This document shows, in pieces, positions 8,499-21,100 of a DNA stretch of 64,000 bases. This DNA is from an uncultured Gammaproteobacteria bacterium (GTDB lineage: Bacteria > Patescibacteriota > Microgenomatia > UBA10105 > UBA927), in contig CAZUOM010000001.1 in assembly GCA_964621305.1 (NCBI GenBank), positions 165,448-229,447 on the forward strand, written 5' to 3'. A program made the position numbers and the translations under genes. The notes beneath the pieces are model-generated. The model saw nothing but the letters and a program-made list of their open reading frames with translations, was not told where the DNA came from and did not search any database. Each line of letters opens with the position of its first letter. Position 1 is the stretch's first letter.

Positions 8499-8864
8499 AC
8501 TTGTATCGAATACGATAGGAGAAATCAACAACAGGCACGGATGCCAGACGATTCAAGAGCTCGGCTCCGCGGTACGTAAGCGTTTTGAGAGCTTTGCTTT
8601 CAACTAAATTAAAAAGATCTGCCTGCAAGAGATGGCCAGTTGAAGAGCGAACATAGGGAACGTCTTCAAATTCGTAAAGGGCGACGTCGTCCAGATTCCT
8701 GTTGTCTTTCTCAAAGTATCGGAACCTAAGGTAGTGTTTAACGATGTTGGCCGGACAAAATGCCTCCATAACAGAACCACCACTGGGTACTTTTTTTCAA
8801 TAACCAAGAGGGTAAAAGAGTCTCACGGGAAAATTGAATCGACTCAACAAGCTCAAGGGGTAAA

Positions 8865-8900
8865 TGCTCGATCTGAGCAACTTTTTTTATTTATTTTATT
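8865..8900 (+). terminator. possible rho-independent terminator (short stem plus a long T-rich tract)
   Basis: TGCTC-gatct-GAGCA followed by ACTTTTTTTATTTATTTTATT. Confidence 0.3.
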
Positions 8901-9028
8901 GCGTCTTTGTGAACGATATATACTCCATCAATACGGCGCACCGATGCAACAGGCGGGTCAACGTGTGATGGAGCAATATCCCAACTTCGTATATCCGACT
9001 CTTTGGTTTCCAACAAGGTCATAATGTA

Positions 9029-9982
9029 TTACCGTATTGTGTACACCGGAATTTCTAATAAGCGCTCCATAATGGCATTCTCCCCTACAAACTGTTTTGA
9101 GGGAATCTCTTTTCGTTGAATCTTTTCTACAAGCGCCTGGGTGGACAACTCTGGGATGTCTTCGCATTCAAAAAGTATCGTCTGTTCTGGAGCTTCTTGG
9201 GGAAACACCACCAGTCCGCGACGGAGGAATGGATCGGCCTGGCGTGGAACTAGAAAATCACTGACAACCCTCTCACCAGTCGGTTTCATATCATAAATAG
9301 GCTTAAACCCCCGAAACCAAAGATAGTGGAGGAAGGGGCTGTCTGGATAGACGAGAATGCGTCTGGGTTTCTTTTCTGAATAATCAACAGCAACCTGAGG
9401 CGTCCGTTTTGTCACACTACTAAGCTTAATTGCCTCCACAGCCGACAATGGGATAGTCAGTGGCATGCGGCTACGATGGAGAACAAGCGCCAAAAGCACC
9501 CCTTTTCCTCTCCGGTAGGGAAAAAGTTCCGTTGGTGCCAGAGAGACAGAGCGATATGGGACATCTTCAGCTCCCAAATCGTACCCCCGCATAAACTCCC
9601 CATAGGGAAGAGGGAGGATAAAAAGTGACGGTTTTTCCATCCCAAGCGCTGCTACTAAAGCATGGTATTGCTTGAGTCGATTGAGAGTCATTTTGATACG
9701 AATGTTAGGGTTATTCTTCAAGAATAAAAGGCCTGATCGGTCGATAAAAACTTCTACGGAAGAAACCAAATTGGGAAAAAGGGTGATTGCCGAAGCCAAG
9801 ATATCGTTTGCCTTCACAACATGGGAATTTCGGGAGTATTCATCCGGATTCGTCCGGGCCTGTTCGATCGCAGCGTTGAGCACTCCATTGAGGCCAGCGA
9901 TTCCATCGGATGCAACAATCTTTAGATATTCTCCATCATGGATCAATCTCTGGTAGAATCGATACAGATCAATCGTGATCAT
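9029..9982 (-). CDS. hypothetical protein (317 aa)
   Basis: ORF convergent with the 6444-8498 gene. The frame stays open upstream to 10207 but holds no alternative start. No motif recognised. Confidence 0.5.
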   Translation of the reverse strand: MITIDLYRFYQRLIHDGEYLKIVASDGIAGLNGVLNAAIEQARTNPDEYSRNSHVVKANDILASAITLFPNLVSSVEVFIDRSGLLFLKNNPNIRIKMTLNRLKQYHALVAALGMEKPSLFILPLPYGEFMRGYDLGAEDVPYRSVSLAPTELFPYRRGKGVLLALVLHRSRMPLTIPLSAVEAIKLSSVTKRTPQVAVDYSEKKPRRILVYPDSPFLHYLWFRGFKPIYDMKPTGERVVSDFLVPRQADPFLRRGLVVFPQEAPEQTILFECEDIPELSTQALVEKIQRKEIPSKQFVGENAIMERLLEIPVYTIR

Positions 9983-10206
9983 GGTATCGGAATCAAGCCC
10001 AATGGCGACCTCACCTTTCTCTATGCGTAAAGGGTCGATAGGACCACCATGGCCATAAGCACGACGAAAAAGCGCCCATCGCAGCTGATAGGCTTTGATC
10101 GAAGAACTAATCGCCGAATCACCGGCTTCTGTTAGAGAAGGAATTTCGCCCAGAGGGTGAATTATACCACTTGGCGAAAGCAGCGTAAATCTATTATAAT
10201 ACCTCC

Positions 10207-10380
10207 ATGGCTACCAAATCACAACGCGAACTCTTTGCCCTCGTTTGTTCTGTCTGCAAACGTCAGAATTATGTGAAGAAGAAAAACAAGCTGAATACGC
10301 CAGATAAACTCCTCCTGAAAAAGTATTGCGCGGGATGCAAAAAACACACGGAACACCGAGAATCCAACAAGCTGGATTAA
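10207..10380 (+). CDS. rpmG: 50S ribosomal protein L33 (zinc-ribbon type), 57 aa, absent from the ORF track
   Basis: MATKSQRELFALVCSVCKRQNYVKKKNKLNTPDKLLLKKYCAGCKKHTEHRESNKLD. This is the C-x2-C ... C-x2-C layout with KNKxNTPxKLxLKKYC and KHTxHRE, characteristic of L33. Confidence 0.8.
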   Translation: MATKSQRELFALVCSVCKRQNYVKKKNKLNTPDKLLLKKYCAGCKKHTEHRESNKLD

Positions 10381-10823
10381 AAGAGGCTTAGAAGCTTAGT
10401 TATTTAGAAGCTTAGAGCTTATGACTTCTTTCAATTTCGAAGGGCTTACGGTCTATCAACGCTCCTTGGTATTCTCACAAAGAATTTTTGAAATATCCCG
10501 GGATTGGCCGAAAGAATACCTCTTTGGGTTAACGGATCAATTACGGCGTGCGTCATTATCCATTCCTTTAAATATTGCTGAGGGAAGCAGTAGGACAAAA
10601 AAAGATTTTAGACATTTTTTGATTATTTCTCGAGGGTCTTGTTTTGAATCCATTCCTCTGATAAAACTGGCACATTCTTTAAAACTCCTTACTTCAATCG
10701 AGGAACAAACTTTGTATAATGAACTGAACGAGATAGCTCGTATGCTTAGTGGTCTTCGGTCATCTCTCGGGAGTATCTAACCAAGCTACTAAGCATCTCT
10801 AAGCCACTAAGCATCTTTTAACC
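10381..10823 (+). mobile_element. IVS-like cassette: four-helix-bundle gene bracketed by 3x GCTTAG (5-prime) and 3x CTAAGC (3-prime) inverted hexamer arrays
   Basis: GCTTAG at 10386, 10394 and 10411, immediately after the rpmG stop. CTAAGC at 10789, 10799 and 10807, immediately after the ORF stop. The arrays are mutually complementary and could form a long-range stem enclosing the ORF. An empty version of the same repeat sits at 2080-2155. Confidence 0.5.
10421..10780 (+). CDS. four-helix bundle protein (23S rRNA intervening-sequence protein family)
   Basis: 119 aa, YQRSLVFSQRIFEISRDWPKEYLFGLTDQLRRASLSIPLNIAEGSSRTKKDFRHFLIISRGSCFES. Matches the conserved core of IVS-encoded four-helix-bundle proteins (GLTSQLRRAAVSIPSNIAEG...F..FL.IARGS..E). 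Confidence 0.75.
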   Translation: MTSFNFEGLTVYQRSLVFSQRIFEISRDWPKEYLFGLTDQLRRASLSIPLNIAEGSSRTKKDFRHFLIISRGSCFESIPLIKLAHSLKLLTSIEEQTLYNELNEIARMLSGLRSSLGSI

Positions 10824-11339
10824 ATGCATCGCAATACCTACCTGCTCCTGATACTGCTTACGATCTTTGCCGCAATCGTGGCCGGTGTGAATATTGCCAA
10901 ACCGCAATCGGGTGAACCAAACCAAATAAATCTCCCAGAGACCGCCCAGCCCACACCGACTCCCCGACCGACCGTGTATAACTTAGGCAGCTGCGGCATA
11001 TCACTGATCGTGCCACCAAACTATACTACCATCGACGGTCCGGAAAGTACCGTGGTCTTAACCGGACCATCTGCCGGCGACACCATCATCGTCACCTGCC
11101 AAAAAAATATCCCGCGTCCCCCACTGCCAGCGGCGAAAATCGAACGGCTCGTCTTTGACATTGCCGAGCCGCCCGGTGCAAGTATTACCGCCACTCTCTA
11201 CCACGACGTTTCTTCCCGTGACGCGACGCCGGTCGACAAGTTAATATTTAGAAACCCCAAAAACGGCCTGGATATCTTCGTCTCCGGCACTGGGGAAGGC
11301 TTCCAATCCCTCATCAGAAACCTGAGCATCCTCCAATAA
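10824..11339 (+). CDS. hypothetical membrane-anchored secreted protein
   Basis: 171 aa; N-terminal signal or anchor LLLILLTIFAAIVAGVNIA, then a Pro/Thr-rich linker. Confidence 0.45.
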   Translation: MHRNTYLLLILLTIFAAIVAGVNIAKPQSGEPNQINLPETAQPTPTPRPTVYNLGSCGISLIVPPNYTTIDGPESTVVLTGPSAGDTIIVTCQKNIPRPPLPAAKIERLVFDIAEPPGASITATLYHDVSSRDATPVDKLIFRNPKNGLDIFVSGTGEGFQSLIRNLSILQ

Positions 11340-11486
11340 TTACATCAAATACTCATCAATGATATAATTATGAAGTTAGGGCTGTGATGAAATGGTATCA
11401 TGGCGCTCTCCAAAAGCGCTCTTCCCCGTCCGAGTCGGGGCAGCCCTGCAAAATTACTACAAAAACTCAGGTTGCACCTAATTTTT

Positions 11487-12113
11487 TCAGTGACGGGATA
11501 AGGAAGCCTGTGACAATGTTCTGTAGACCCATACGGAAGCAAGAGCAACAAGGGGAATTGTCACAAAAATTCCAACGATAAATATCAATATTCCTAGAAG
11601 AGAAACCAGGAAAACCAATATATTAAAAAGCAATGTATTCACTGTTGACCTTTTCGTTATCCGCCAGCTCTCTTTAAGAGCCGCAACAGGGCCGACTCCT
11701 TTGTCCACTAATACATAGGTCCAAAACTGCAGCCTTACGCTGAGGATAACGCCAGGAACGACAAACAATAATAAACCAACCAGCACCGCGCAGCCGTATA
11801 ACAGCGAACCGATGACATACGGAATAATTTTTTTCCGATGAACAAAAAGTTCTGGATAGCCCACTGTACTGCCTCCAGCTATTGCCAAATAGATGGTCAG
11901 CGTGCCGATGGTCACCATTGTTTGAAACAGAAAAAGCAACGCAAAGCCTGTGATGGAAACCCACCAGGGCAGGTTCTCAATACTATTGAGGAGGTAAATA
12001 GGTACGTTCTGAATTAATACAATGAGCAAAGTCAGAACAATGAGAAACTTTTTTTGTGCTTTAAATGTCGACCAGCCAAAACGGAAAGACTCAGTGATAG
12101 AAAAAGAAGCCAT
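11487..12113 (-). CDS. hypothetical polytopic integral membrane protein
   Basis: 208 aa with about 5-6 hydrophobic helices. Confidence 0.5.
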   Translation of the reverse strand: MASFSITESFRFGWSTFKAQKKFLIVLTLLIVLIQNVPIYLLNSIENLPWWVSITGFALLFLFQTMVTIGTLTIYLAIAGGSTVGYPELFVHRKKIIPYVIGSLLYGCAVLVGLLLFVVPGVILSVRLQFWTYVLVDKGVGPVAALKESWRITKRSTVNTLLFNILVFLVSLLGILIFIVGIFVTIPLVALASVWVYRTLSQASLSRH

Positions 12114-12152
12114 ATATTATTTTTATAGATCCAACGCCTAGCAAAGTCAAGC

Positions 12153-15100
12153 TCACCGTTTGGTTCCCGAAACCGGAGTGACATCGGGGAATAGGAGGTT
12201 TTTCAAGTCCTTTTGTGTATAGCGCTGCTCTATCAATTTAAATTCGTTATCTGATGTCATCATGAGGGTACGCAAACGAGCCGCGTTACCTAAAACGTCG
12301 GCGACGTAGACGCCAGCTTCATTGGCAAAACGAATCCCGATCGTTTCCCCAAAAAGAAATTTTGACGAGTATAATAAGTGTTCAGATTTTGATATATGTT
12401 CCCATTTAATCTGACTTTTATCAATAGTCCTACAGGTACTTTTTTCTGTTTTCAAACAGGAGGCCACTGCTCTATCGATCAATTTGCCTTTATTGTATCT
12501 GCCTACAGTAAGGGCCCACTGCGTAGCTTCGGAAAATTCCGGAGCCACGGATGAAGCGATATAATTTTTGATCCACGCCATATACATGGATCCTATGAGA
12601 ATGTTTGCCGTGGGATCTCTCTTCCAATAGTCTTTTTGTTCCACAAGACGTTTATGCACTCTGGCTACTTCCAAGCGCTGCGGTCCCTCTGGCATGTTGC
12701 TGATAAACTCTGGAAGCCTGCGAGTCATATCACCTGCAGCATCCTGCCCTATTTGCATGAGGCCGAAGTATCCATTTCCATGAACATATCTGCCAAAGAG
12801 CGATTCACGATGGATCTGGGCCATAAGAATTTCCGGCGGAATACCAAAAAGATCTGCTATCTGGATGATGCCGAGCGTCTCGGACATCGTTCCCAGGCCT
12901 GCCTGGGGATAAAGTTTAGTAAGCAAAGCAACTAGGTCCTGATGCCGTTGGTTGATATCTGGGAGTGACCTCTTTGGAGATGGAGCAAAGACTTTGGGCA
13001 TTAGATGAGGCCGCGTTAATCGAATGACTTCTTCATCCCTGTGGTGGGTAGGCGACGGGTCTATCGGGATAAAGTTTGCGCAAAGCCGCTGATGTAAAGG
13101 TTCACGCGCGTCCCAGCAAAAAGCTAAAGCAACGAAGCTCCCTGGCACAATCCGTAGCAGTATCATCCGGACAGGTGTATTGCCATTTCCGGCTTGCTCT
13201 ACTACTTCTGTCAAATGCGTGGCGAAGTATATTGACCGGGCAATAGCGCATACGATACTTTTTCCAATGCTTTGGCCTTCCCCGCTAGCCGATGTTCCGG
13301 CAGCATGGACTTTTGATATCAGGAATGCTCTGCCTGAACAATCATCTTGCAAGCGTGATAGATTCTGCAAACCATGCCACATCGTATTAATTGTCCGAGA
13401 AAACATGTAGCCGGCTAGCGGCATCTGCCAAAAATCCCACTGGGGATTGAAAAACGAGATCACAGCGCCTGCAGCCGGCAGCGCCACGTCCATCCAGTTA
13501 CGCACCTTCCCCTCTGCATCGGAGATGCCTTTATCCGGATGCAAAAACTCGGGTGTCCCAAATCTTAGTACGTCTTTTGCAAATGAAACCACCTGACGCG
13601 CAATGGAAAACAGATTGACCGGAATAACCTTGGCATCTCCAATCATCTGACCGACCCGCCCAAATGAAGCGTGATACCAGAGGCGGGCAATACCATACCC
13701 CCCTATTGGCCCCCACGTCTGGAATACGTCAATATCTGCCGGATTAGGGGCGATTCCGCCGGCCTGGATGGCTAAGGGGATTGCAAAAAGACCGAGAACT
13801 TCAAAAAACGTCGCCGTAGCCCTCTGCCGCAGCGAGATTGACGGATCGGCCGGATCTGCCCGCCAGGGGGTGGCCGCGCCGGGGAGGACAAAAAGGGCAG
13901 TATTTGCGGCAAAATGCGCCGCGCGGCCGATTGTATCAAGAATCAGTGCTGGCATCGTCGCGCACGGATCTCCCCTCTGACCGTCATCCTGGGCCAAAGC
14001 GCGTGGCACAAGCTGCAGCGATAGACACGGCTGCCGCCACGTCTTCGGCTGGCTTGATGGAACCGATAGTCTTACCGACATGACATTAGCGACCGCATAC
14101 GACAGCCTCGTTAAATCATCGTCATGCGCTTTGACCTGTTCCTGAAGAGTCGTCTTTGCCAATCCGCGGGCTAAGCGCAGGGCTGCCAGATACTTCCGCT
14201 GCGCATCGCCGATACGACCGGCTGCAGCAAGCCCATCAGCGGTTGCAAGCTGCTGGGAAAGTTGGGCTACGCCAAAAGCAATCATATTTTTCTTCCTTTG
14301 CAACAGAAAATTTGTTAACTGGTTACCAAGATGATCTTTTATATATGATGCCGTTGATCTAGATAGCGCAAGCATTTCTACCATCTTTCCCTGTCTGCCG
14401 AGGTCCTTGATATTGCCTGCGGCTGCAAACACGACGCGGAGAAATGAACTGCACACCGAACAGCTAGTTTTATCGGCCGCAACAGCCGCAACCGCCGCTA
14501 CCGGAAGGACCTGATTGTACGGAATATGATGAAAAAGTGTCATTGCAGCCGCGTATTTCATGGCATCGGCAAACATTCCTATTGACTGGTGAGTAAATCC
14601 GGACGAATGCGTCACAATGATACCTCCAGGCTTTCCACCAAGTGGCAGGAGATGTATTGCTTCTGGTTCAAGCGCGTGTCCTTCCTCATGCGTTAAAGTG
14701 CCATGCGCTCTTCCCAGGTCTCTGGCTAATGAACGATTTAGATACACCTCGTCACCATTAAATGCTCCGGCAAACGATACACTTTCGTTGACTAAAAACA
14801 CGCGCCGGTAACCAAGAGGTGCGTAGTTGTGGAGGGCAATTGCCAATAGAAAAAACTCATCCGGTGTTTTCGGCTCCACGACAAAATCCTGAGGATGGCG
14901 CATCTGCTCATGTCCTGTTTCAATGCCCGCCGCCATAGTCACGCGAGCTTCAAAATTTGGAATGTCCTGCTTGTTGGGGACTTCTGTTTTTTTCACGCCG
15001 AATTTCTTGCGCATCTCTTCAGCACGTTGACTTGCTTCTTTGCGTGCCCCAAGGACTGCAATTCTGCGGCCAAAAAGGCTTTCTGTAGTCAATTCCCCAC

Positions 15101-18100
15101 GACGGGACACTGATACATTCACTAAGGTCATAAGCGGAATATGCGCATCAGCATACGGCGCAGCACCCGTGGTTGTTTCAAGATATTTCATGAGCTGACT
15201 ATTGCTGATTCCGGCATAGTCGGCGGCATTGATTTTCGTTTTGAGTTCGATGAGCTCAGCGCTGTAGTGATTTTCCATTACCCTCCAGTAATCATCATTC
15301 TGATCCCAATCCGTGGGAAGGCCATAAAAGGTAAACTCCGGATTGGTTTGCGTCAGAGCCTTGTATGCTAGAGCTTTGTAAAATTCTATGGCTATGTACT
15401 TTTGAATCGTGGGTAGGTAGTCTTCTTCATGGGCAAATGACGTACGGCCCTGGATAAGTGGGAGCGGGATCTGAATCACAAGCCCAAGCTCATCAATTAG
15501 CGGCCAGAGCGTTTTTGGTATCAATGCTTTGTAACTATCCGGTATATCCGACACTTTTCTCCCGCCGGCGTCAACCACTTTGGAAAATAATCCTTTTGTT
15601 TGCGTCATCCGGAGGAGTCCGAAATTATTTAGCGGTACCTCAGTGAGTTTCTCCGTGTTCTTCATGTCATAGATTGCCTCTTTGGCCCCTTTCTCATTGA
15701 TGAGCGAAATAGCGAAGCGATCTGTTTGGGCCATGGCAGTGTTTTCCCGCCAGGATTCAACCGCCAGATACTGGTCCAGTTCAGCGATGGTCCGGTCGGC
15801 GTTTCTGATGCGTCTCACCAACAGGCCCTGTTTGACCCGGCTGTCCCTGATCCGGCGGACACCCGTTACTCTGCGGCCTACATACCTTCCGTTTTTATCC
15901 CGGTCAACAGTAACTGTAAATTGATAGGCGAGCTTACCGTTGTTGTTAACAAACTCAACCCGGTCGACGCCTTCGTAGTAACTGTCTAGTCCGCTGCCGA
16001 AAAACCCACCACTGGCTTCCTGCAAACCTTTCTTCTTGGTTGATTTCCGAAGCAGTAGCACCAGCTCCTTATCCGCACCAGTGCCGTCATCATAAAATTC
16101 CTCTACAGACTCTTTCCCAAGCGGCCCGTCCTCTAGATAATAGGCAATGGTCAACTCTCCCCGTGAATTGTCTACGGTTGCATCCTGGGCGTTTTGGACT
16201 GCTTCCGTCGTGTAGGTTCCCGGCGGCCGCTTGGTACGGGCTTCAACAGCCAGCCGTTCCTCCCCTTCTGGATCTTTCGGCGGGAGACTGTCAATATCGC
16301 TAAAAAGCTCTTCCGTGTCCATGACTTCGTTGCCCTGCTTATTAGTGCGGTTGGCATTTTTAGCAATCAACTGGGTCAGGTAAGCGCCGTCTTGCGGCAG
16401 AGCTATTTCACTACCCTCATACACCAGCCTCTCGCGGGTAGGTAGTTCAGGCACGCGGTTGGTCAAAAATATAGCAAAACCGCGGGCTGGGCCGAGCTTA
16501 TTGTCCGGCTGTGGGGCGCGGACAAAGTCGGCGAGTTCTGCTGACGAAGGTTTGTTTAATGCAGTTGCCATCTGACGAAAGTAATCATCGCGAACTTGTG
16601 GGTCTTTCGTCGTAATTTTGCCTAGTTGATCTAAGATCACCCCAAGTTTTTCCGCTCCACCGGCATCAACAGCCGCATCCCACATCCTCACAAGCTTCTC
16701 CCGGGCTCCCGCTGTGTTATTTACAGCTTCCCGGTAACTGTTGAGAAAATTTGATAAAGTCGGCAGAAGCGTCGCATGCTGAGCAGATTTCACCTGCCAA
16801 CCAAGGGCAAGCACCTCCAGCATCGCTTCGTTCCACCCGTCCACAGGTATTGCCGGATCAGCGACAAGAGAAACAAGGGACGAAAAGAGATTGACTATAT
16901 AGTTTTTTCGGACCGCGGCGCTTTCCTGATGAAGAAGCGGGCCGACCCGATCCATATGGGCTTTCGCTAGATCCGTCATTCGACGAAATCTTGGTGCTAT
17001 GTTATCGAAGGGCAACTGTGTGGTTGTATCTAATTGACCTCCTTGGACATGCGCGGTGAAGCGCCTCCGGAACTCTGCATCTTCGGCTTGATAAAGTTGA
17101 CTAAGAGTTGAAGTAATTTTTTGTTCAATATTACCACGGTATTCTTCTGGAGCAGCATCAAGGAGGGGTTGATATCCGGAACGAATCAGGGCTATCCGGT
17201 CATTTCGCTTGGAAAGAACTTCGGATTTCCATGTATCGTAGAGCTTCTGTTTTGCGGCAATATCCGCTTCGTTTTGCGCTGGAAACCTCTGCCGTTGAAC
17301 CAAAAGTGCTGCCGGATTGACAAATCGTACATCATTGGGATCCGACTCGGATGCAAGCACAAAAGTGTCACCGTTTGCCTCCATCAGGGAATAACCGCCG
17401 GGAATACTTGGTGCTATTACGTTTTCGGGTCCGGTTGTATTTTGCACGCGCCATCCGCCAAGCGTCCTCATCAAGGAATATTTGCCGTCGACAGTAATAT
17501 ATTCCTCCCCACTAGCAAGATTTCCCTTGCCTACGTACACAATCTGCGCACGTCCGTATGGGGCGGCTCTGTTGCGACCAAACCACTCATCCGGTTCAGA
17601 GGTTGGTAATCTGGTCAAACCAACCGTATCCCACCAACCGGCAATGAAGTTTGTCTCACTCCCTGATAAAAGATCAACAAGCCTGGTTTCTGGCCCGGAT
17701 GATTTTTCCACTTGTTCAACTACATAATCGCCCTCCAGGCGAAAGTTAAGTCTAGCACCAAATGTTGGCGGGTTTGAAGAGTACGTCAGACTCAATTCTG
17801 ACGATGGGCTTCGAACGACTCGATCAGAGCTTCTATCCCAAATAGATTTCTGGTCTTTATCATACCGCTCCCAGAAACGTGGAAGCATGTCGCTTGCCAG
17901 AAATTTGTTCAAATTCTTGAAGGTATATACATCTTTCCGGGTACCGTCCTGGCGGGAGAATTTAGCCACTTGATAACTCGGCCCTGATCCTATTTCAACT
18001 ACAACATAGTCATGCTCGTCGTCAGATGAAACAAATATATTATCCATTTCTATCCCAACGTTTTCCCCATCGATTTTCGAAATGCTAACGGAAACCCCAC

Positions 18101-21100
18101 TGGGCAAACTGTTTTTACCGATGATAAATTTACCTGTCGAATCTATTTCTATGTGGTCGGCAGGATTTGCCGGTGTCCAAGCGACGTAATCTTTTTTATC
18201 CAACGAAAACAGCGCATACTTGCCGCTCTTAAGCTTTACGATCACGACATCTGCGTATGTGTGAACGCTGTAGGAGTCAATAGCACCCATGTCGCCAATT
18301 CGATCTTGAAGAATAAAATTGTTGGAGTTATTAAATACAAGCTCACTTTTATCATTAACATATACTATATATTTCCCGCTAGCTGAAAGTTCGATACGGG
18401 AGTCACTAGCGACACTGCCCATATTGGTAGTAAGATCCTGTTTAATATCATGAAGCAATACTGCTTTATGTCTAATTCCCGTCCCGAAAATCCCACGGAA
18501 AAGCGCGACGTCTTCAGACACCCGTACGAGTTTGTAGCCGGGCTGAATTACTTCATCAACTACCGGAAGCGCCATAGACAAGGGTTTTGTATCATCGAAG
18601 GTCAAGAGACGCTGTTCACCGGTTTGCTTCTCTATGACGAAAAATGAATTCTTCCCCAGCCGTGTCACTTCGACATATTCCTTTCCAAACGGCTGTTTAT
18701 TATCCGTGTCAAACAGCCGATACGATCCGCTTCCGTCTTTTGTGATCACGAGCCGGTTGGGAGCAGTCGGCGGCCGGATAGTCGTGATGGCCGACTGATT
18801 AGCTGCATCTGCCTGAGCGGCTACTTCGGCCGCGGAGAGCAAGGCACTCGGATCGTCCGGCTTCATATACATTATAGCTCCGGTCGTGTGATTGGAAAAG
18901 ACAAAATACCTCCCGTCAAAGACAACGTTCGTCATGCCGGCTGCCGCCTTCAGTTCAACTTCCGGCGTGTTTTCTCCCAGGTCAACGAAGAAGAACCGAT
19001 CCAGTGCGCCTTTACGGACAAGGTAGCGCTTGTTGATATCCAACGCATACCCAAAGTCTCGACCAACAAAATTACCATTATTAACTTCAGTCAGTTTGCC
19101 ATCTCTATCGATAAAGATCGCATTTCTCTTCTCTGAATAGGAAACAATTGTTCCCTTGAAAAATGTGGTATTTATCTGCCCGGTCGACGGATTGATGGCA
19201 GTTAGTTTACTAGGATGGGACGAATCCATAATCAATCCCAGATTCGCGTCATAATATACATTTGCATCGCCTGTTTGTTGCAATGGTCCCAAGTCTCCAT
19301 AGGGTTTGGCCGGAAGCGAATGCGTGTTTATGTTGTTTGCGTCAAATAGATAAAAAATCACAACATAGTTATTGGTATAAAATAGTCTCAATAGTATTTT
19401 TATTCGAGGTTTCGTCCCAAACTGATTAACAAAAGCCCCGTTCTCCAATATCCAAATCTTTCCATCTTCATCAGTCACAAAGACATCTACCGATCCGTCA
19501 ATATAAAAAGTTGTTACCGCCTGTGTAATTGATTTGCGATTTGGCATTTGCCAAATTACGTCACGCCCAGACCCGATGAGATAGATGCCGACGCGGTCGT
19601 TTTTGTCAACTACTACCGCGTACGCGCCGCTGGAATCAACCCGGATATGTTTGCCTTCAATTTGCTGACCGTTCTTTAAGTCCCATAATATTATCCTGTC
19701 CCTATCCTGAAAAAGCATAACTGGCGCATGCGGGTGGATTCTCCAAACAGGCTCTTTCAACGAACTGACAGATGTATTAGTATTAAGGATACTTCCTGAA
19801 ACAGCATCTATAATAAACGTATGCTGATCTTTTGACGCAGTATCCTCAGTCTGATAGATCAGATATTTCCCGTCGCTAGTGAATTGAACAGAATTTTGAA
19901 TGACTTGTTCATTGACAACTGACGGAGCATTTGTTTTAAAATTATTGGTTAAAAAGTGCTTTTGCCCTGTTTTGGTGTTTACGGCAATCTTGTACCCGCG
20001 TCCATATACCCACTGTTGGTTGGAAGATACAAGAAGCTCCTCACCTTTTAAACTACCTGTCAAAACCTCTGCTACATATCCACGGATATGAAGTAATATT
20101 TCAGTATGCATTTTTTTATCTTTATATCTAAAATAGCCCTTCCCAATGGGTTTTACCCATTCAACGTTATCAACAGATTTTGCAGTACCACTAAAAAGAA
20201 TCGGCTTTTTGGTCTCCGCATGAATGAGGATCCCGTTCTGGATTGCTACAAGCATTGGCTGTTCCGCCAGTGCCGTTTCTCCTGCCGCCGCGTCTAGTGA
20301 AACGAACATGATGTCATCCGGCTTAGCCGGATCGAGGTAGGCGGCTTTCTTAGTATCGGAATTTGTAAAAACAAAGTACTTGCCATCAAAGATAACTTCT
20401 GGATAGTCTGTTTCTGAAAGACCGGGAAGCACACGCGGCGAAGGGCTAGCCGTATTAAGACGCATGAGTATATATTGTCCGTTGTCTCCCGGCGATGCAC
20501 GAACAAAGAACCCGCCAGCTTGTCCGTCCCAGGCGCCGGTGTATTGTTGCTGGCTCGTGCCGCCACCGACATTTGCCATCACGACCACATGAGGGCGACG
20601 CCAAACCAGAAGGGTATCCCCTATACTTCCCATCACGGCCACATCACCGAATTCTAGAGGTGCCGGATTTGTGCCGGGCAAAACGTGCGCGTGATACGCT
20701 CTCTTCACTGTTGGTATCCGCGTATCAATAATGAGCTTATTGTCCGCATCCAAATAAACCGTCCCATTCCCACGCTGTCCAAGAAGATCAAGTTCGTTAG
20801 GAGCTAACGAAATCCGAGTCCCGACACCTGGAAAAGAAAAATATCTAACGTCCGTCTCAGAAAAAGATACAGCAAATAGCGCATTTTTGTTTAAATAATC
20901 CAAAGCCGGATCCCCCGCAATAAAACCTTTCGCTGCATCGTTATACAAATAAAGCTTGCCGTCTTTTGGATTAATGCTTCCAACACCACTTAATCCACCA
21001 CTCCCAAAAAAGCTGATAACTGATTCTATCGGAGTACCATCAGGAAGCTGGGTATGAGAAACTCCGTCTGAACTAAGGACTGCTTTTATCTTGTCATTGT

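Noticed and set aside
8482-9024. Small ORFs (8482-8769 minus, 8734-9024 plus) in the convergent intergenic region
   Set aside because: They overlap each other and the 3-prime end of the 684-aa gene, with no RBS or motif support. The region is better explained as 3-prime UTR and terminator sequence.
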